DNA from: Nitrospirota bacterium
GTDB lineage: Bacteria > Nitrospirota > Nitrospiria > Nitrospirales > Nitrospiraceae
Assembly: GCA_020027965.1 (NCBI GenBank)
Contig: JAHRHE010000001.1
Coordinates: 3,704-67,703, forward strand
DNA length: 64,000 nt
Reading direction: 5' to 3'
Part shown: piece by piece, positions 61,194 to 64,000 of the stretch
Numbering within the stretch: position 1 is the stretch's first letter
How the letters are laid out: the number at the start of each line of letters is the position of its first letter
Translations under genes and position numbers: made by a program
The notes under the pieces: generated by a model
The model's database searches: none
What the model was told of the DNA's origin: nothing
What the model saw: the letters and a program-made list of their open reading frames with translations, nothing else

Positions 61194-61877
61194 ATGAAGG
61201 CCGTGATCCTGGCCAGCGGCGGACTCGATTCCACGGTTACGGCGGCCGTCGCGAAGCGTGACGGCTGTGCGATCCATCTGCTCACGATCGCCTACGGCCA
61301 GCGTCACGGGGTCGAGGTGGAGCGGGCCGGGCGAGTAGCCCGGGCCCTGGGTGCGGCCAGCCACCTCGTCCTCGAAGTGGATCTGCGACCGATCGGGGGG
61401 TCGGCGCTGACGACTGAGCAGACGGTTCCCAGGGACCGGAGCGAGGCGGAACGCCGGGAGGGAATTCCCGCGACGTACGTGCCGGCGCGCAACACGATCC
61501 TTCTGGCGCTGGCGCTGGCCTACGCCGAGACCCTTGAGGCGTCGCTGATCTATCTGGGGGTGAATGTCCTGGATTATTCGGGATACCCGGATTGCCGACC
61601 CGAATTCCTCCGAGCGTTCGAGCAGGTGGCGCGCATGGGGACCAGGGCGGGAGTCTCGGGCAAGGCCATCCAAATCCGGGCCCCGCTCCTGATGCTGACC
61701 AAGGCCGAGATCATTCAGTTGGGTGCCACCTTGGGCGTTCCCTTCGAACTGACCCATAGTTGCTATGATCCGGTCGCGGACGGCTCGGCCTGTGGCCGCT
61801 GTGACAGTTGTCGAATCAGGCTCGAGGGGTTCCGAGCCGCGGGGCTTACGGACCCGATCCAGTATGCCAACGGATAA
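61194..61877 (+). CDS. queC: 7-cyano-7-deazaguanine synthase
   Basis: 227 aa. ILASGGLDSTV, C-terminal zinc Cys cluster SCYD...CGRCDSC. Confidence 0.9.
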   Translation: MKAVILASGGLDSTVTAAVAKRDGCAIHLLTIAYGQRHGVEVERAGRVARALGAASHLVLEVDLRPIGGSALTTEQTVPRDRSEAERREGIPATYVPARNTILLALALAYAETLEASLIYLGVNVLDYSGYPDCRPEFLRAFEQVARMGTRAGVSGKAIQIRAPLLMLTKAEIIQLGATLGVPFELTHSCYDPVADGSACGRCDSCRIRLEGFRAAGLTDPIQYANG

Positions 61878-61891
61878 GCGAGAGCAGACCC

Positions 61892-62062
61892 ATGTCTCCT
61901 GAAGAGTTCTTCATGTATCTCATCATTGCGCTGGTGGTCACAATTCCGATCTCGGCCAGGATGTATCGCTACCTCACGCGGAATCGGGTCAAGCGGATGT
62001 TGCATGAGCAGTTCGGTCGCCAGGAGGAGCCGAAGACCCCTGCGCCATCCGACAGGAGGTGA
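61892..62062 (+). CDS. small single-TM protein (56 aa)
   Basis: MSPEEFFMYLIIALVVTIPISARMY. Ends just before the cytochrome c gene. Confidence 0.4.
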   Translation: MSPEEFFMYLIIALVVTIPISARMYRYLTRNRVKRMLHEQFGRQEEPKTPAPSDRR

Positions 62063-62067
62063 ACGCG

Positions 62068-62481
62068 ATGCCGACCCCACGGAGCACTCGACTGACCCAC
62101 GATCGTCGGCGGTGGATCGTGATGCTGGGGCTGTGCAGTCTGCTGCTGGGCTGGTCCGCGTGCGGAGAGGCAGGGGCCAAGCTGGAGGGCCAGCGGGTCC
62201 CGGAAGAGTTCTCGCAGGGCGACGCCAAGTTCAATGCTCACTGTGCGGTCTGCCATGGCCAGCAGGCCAGGGGAACGGCCCAGGGACCGCCGTTGGTGCA
62301 CAAGATCTATGAACCGAATCATCATGGCGATGCCGCGTTCCAGTTTGCGGCGGCCAATGGGGTGCGCGCCCATCACTGGAAATTCGGTGACATGCCGAAG
62401 CTCCCCGGGGTGACGACGGAAGACGTCGAGCAGATCATCAAGTATGTCCGCTATCTGCAGCGCCAGGCCGGTATCCAATAG
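62068..62481 (+). CDS. class I c-type cytochrome, lipoprotein
   Basis: ATG 62068 has aggagg 9 nt upstream. LLLGWSAC lipobox. CAVCHG haem motif. Downstream Met (GDMPKLP). Confidence 0.7.
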   Translation: MPTPRSTRLTHDRRRWIVMLGLCSLLLGWSACGEAGAKLEGQRVPEEFSQGDAKFNAHCAVCHGQQARGTAQGPPLVHKIYEPNHHGDAAFQFAAANGVRAHHWKFGDMPKLPGVTTEDVEQIIKYVRYLQRQAGIQ

Positions 62482-62913
62482 GCCTGGAGGCTCGAGGGAA
62501 CAGTCCATCCCGGTCTCGGTCTTTGCCCGGCGCGTGGGAGCCTGTTTCCCCTCCCCACCTGCTCCGGTCTCGACAGACCGCACCCTACCGTGCTCCTCGC
62601 ACCTCCAGCCGCAAGACAAGAATTGATCAGTAGTGTCAATGACTTGTGTTTTAGTTTTGGCCGGATGGTTTGTCAGAGCGCCCTATCCTTCGTGTCGTGA
62701 GCGAGGAAACCGCTGTTTCATGTGTTGTCTGACTCCCGTCCCCCGACGTCGCGCAGCGTGCATGCCAGGGGGGTTGCTCCAATGGCCTTGCACAGGGTAG
62801 GGTGATATAGGACGTCTCAGTCGAACCCACCCCGTCGTGCAAGGTTGAGGAAGCTGGTTCAAGTCGAATCCGAGGCGGTCCGCGGCGGACTCGCCCGTAA
62901 CCGGGAGGAAATC

Positions 62914-63756
62914 ATGACTGGCTTGGGCAGGAGATTCACCGCGGTTCTTGGCACAGTCTCTCTCATGCTGGCGAGCTCGGGCTGCGTCCTGGCGGCGATC
63001 GACGCCGGCCACGAAGGCGTGCTGGTTCAGAAGCCGTTCTTCTTTGGGCATGGCGGGGTGGACCCGGTTCCGGCCACGACCGGGCGCGTGGCGGTCGCCC
63101 CGACAACCGAGGTCATCGATGTCGATATCCGGCCGATCCAGTATTCGGAGCATTTTGACATCATCTCCGCCGAGAATGCGCCGGTATCATTCGATGCGTT
63201 CCTGATCGGCAACGTCATGGAGGGAAAGTCGCCCGAGCTGATCAAGCGCTTCGGCCCCAACTGGTATACCAATAACGTGAAGGAGGCGTTCCGGACGTTC
63301 GTGCGCGAGGAGGTGCAGAAATACCAGTTGTTCCAACTGACGACGGATCCGACGACCCGGGCCAAGCTGCAGGATGCGATCGCACAGGAAGTAAGAACCA
63401 AACTGTTCGACAAAACGAACATCCCGGTCCGACTGAACCGGGTCGTGATCGGAAGCATCCTGCCCCCGAAAGGCGTGCTGGAGCAGACCGCCCAGACGAT
63501 CATCCAGGAGCAGCGACGAATTACGATGATTGAGTTCCAAAAGGCGGAGGAGGCTCGTGAGAAGGCGGAGCGGCAGCGTGGTACCGCAGATCGAGCCTAC
63601 CGCGAGACACTCGGATTGACGGCGCCGGAGTTTGTGGACCTCCGGCGAATCGAGGTGCAGAAGGAAATTGTGCAGCACGCGCCCTCGGCGTTGACCATCA
63701 TCATGGGGATGGAACGCGTGGGCATCAATCTCCCTCCTGTTAGCGGGCCACAGTAG
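62914..63756 (+). CDS. SPFH/Band-7 (prohibitin-like) domain lipoprotein
   Basis: ATG 62914 with gggagg upstream. SLMLASSGC lipobox. Band-7-like core followed by a coiled-coil EEAREKAERQR. Confidence 0.6.
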   Translation: MTGLGRRFTAVLGTVSLMLASSGCVLAAIDAGHEGVLVQKPFFFGHGGVDPVPATTGRVAVAPTTEVIDVDIRPIQYSEHFDIISAENAPVSFDAFLIGNVMEGKSPELIKRFGPNWYTNNVKEAFRTFVREEVQKYQLFQLTTDPTTRAKLQDAIAQEVRTKLFDKTNIPVRLNRVVIGSILPPKGVLEQTAQTIIQEQRRITMIEFQKAEEAREKAERQRGTADRAYRETLGLTAPEFVDLRRIEVQKEIVQHAPSALTIIMGMERVGINLPPVSGPQ

Positions 63757-63885
63757 CAAGGGCGAGCACGTGAGCCGGCGGGCTGTCTCTTCGGTGGGCC
63801 TGGTGGTTCGGGGCGCCAGAGCGGCAGAACCAGACTCCGCCTTCTCAGCGGACGCAGGAGCCGCCCACGGCACGGCCGATTCGGC

Positions 63886-64000
63886 TCACTTTACCAGCCA
63901 GACTCGGTAGGATCGCGCGTTCAGCGGCTTCTTGAACTTGATGATGCCCATTCGTCCCGCCGTCATGATATCTTCCCCCGAGGAAGTCTTGCGAGCAGGG
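63886..64000 (-). CDS. 3' end of an unidentified minus-strand gene running in from the right edge
   Basis: Hand translation ...PARKTSSGEDIMTAGRMGIIKFKKPLNARSYRVWLVK then TGA at 63888-63886. Too short to name. Confidence 0.3.
   Translation of the reverse strand, partial: PARKTSSGEDIMTAGRMGIIKFKKPLNARSYRVWLVK

Overview
This is a GC-rich bacterial chromosomal window with about 70 protein genes and two tRNAs (Ala-CGC, Pro-CGG). No rRNA, CRISPR array, transposase or integrase was recognised. All product names come from motif recognition by eye; no searches were run. The gene content is what I would expect from a Nitrospirota-like Gram-negative lineage, but that assignment is inference only. That content includes a two-subunit pyruvate carboxylase, hemE-hemH-hemY, NtrY/NtrX, exported thiol peroxidases and a squalene/phytoene-synthase-like gene. 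Most genes are housekeeping: thiamine pyrimidine salvage, sthA, purM/purN, queC, apt, ald, htpX, mazG and a group-2 sigma factor. The one multi-gene system is a 13-gene minus-strand cluster at 32576-45131. It encodes a hybrid type II secretion / type IV pilus-like machine: a secretin with N-terminal TPR and a C-terminal cohesin-like domain, two GspG-like pseudopilins, a LysM lipoprotein, GspF, GspE, PilM/N/O/P-like proteins, two DUF4124-like proteins (one fused to a retropepsin-like protease) and an atypical pseudopilin. No prepilin peptidase and no GspH-K set is present in the window. The most unusual signal is non-coding. More than 20 places, almost all same-strand intergenic spacers, carry strictly period-7 low-complexity tracts built from a few recurring heptamer families. 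Many of these tracts occur as inverted arm pairs. Several extend into coding sequence, including an in-frame A-rich insertion in an rRNA methyltransferase gene. Other unexplained structures are listed here. Both tRNA genes are followed by an inverted copy and then a direct duplicate of their own 3' end. A 73-nt conserved palindromic element occurs in two copies (1346-1418 and 54377-54449), the second nested in a 260-bp palindrome. A repeat-rich 640-bp non-coding gap lies between convergent genes (19189-19828). A truncated SRA-HNH restriction-like gene at the left edge is missing from the ORF track.
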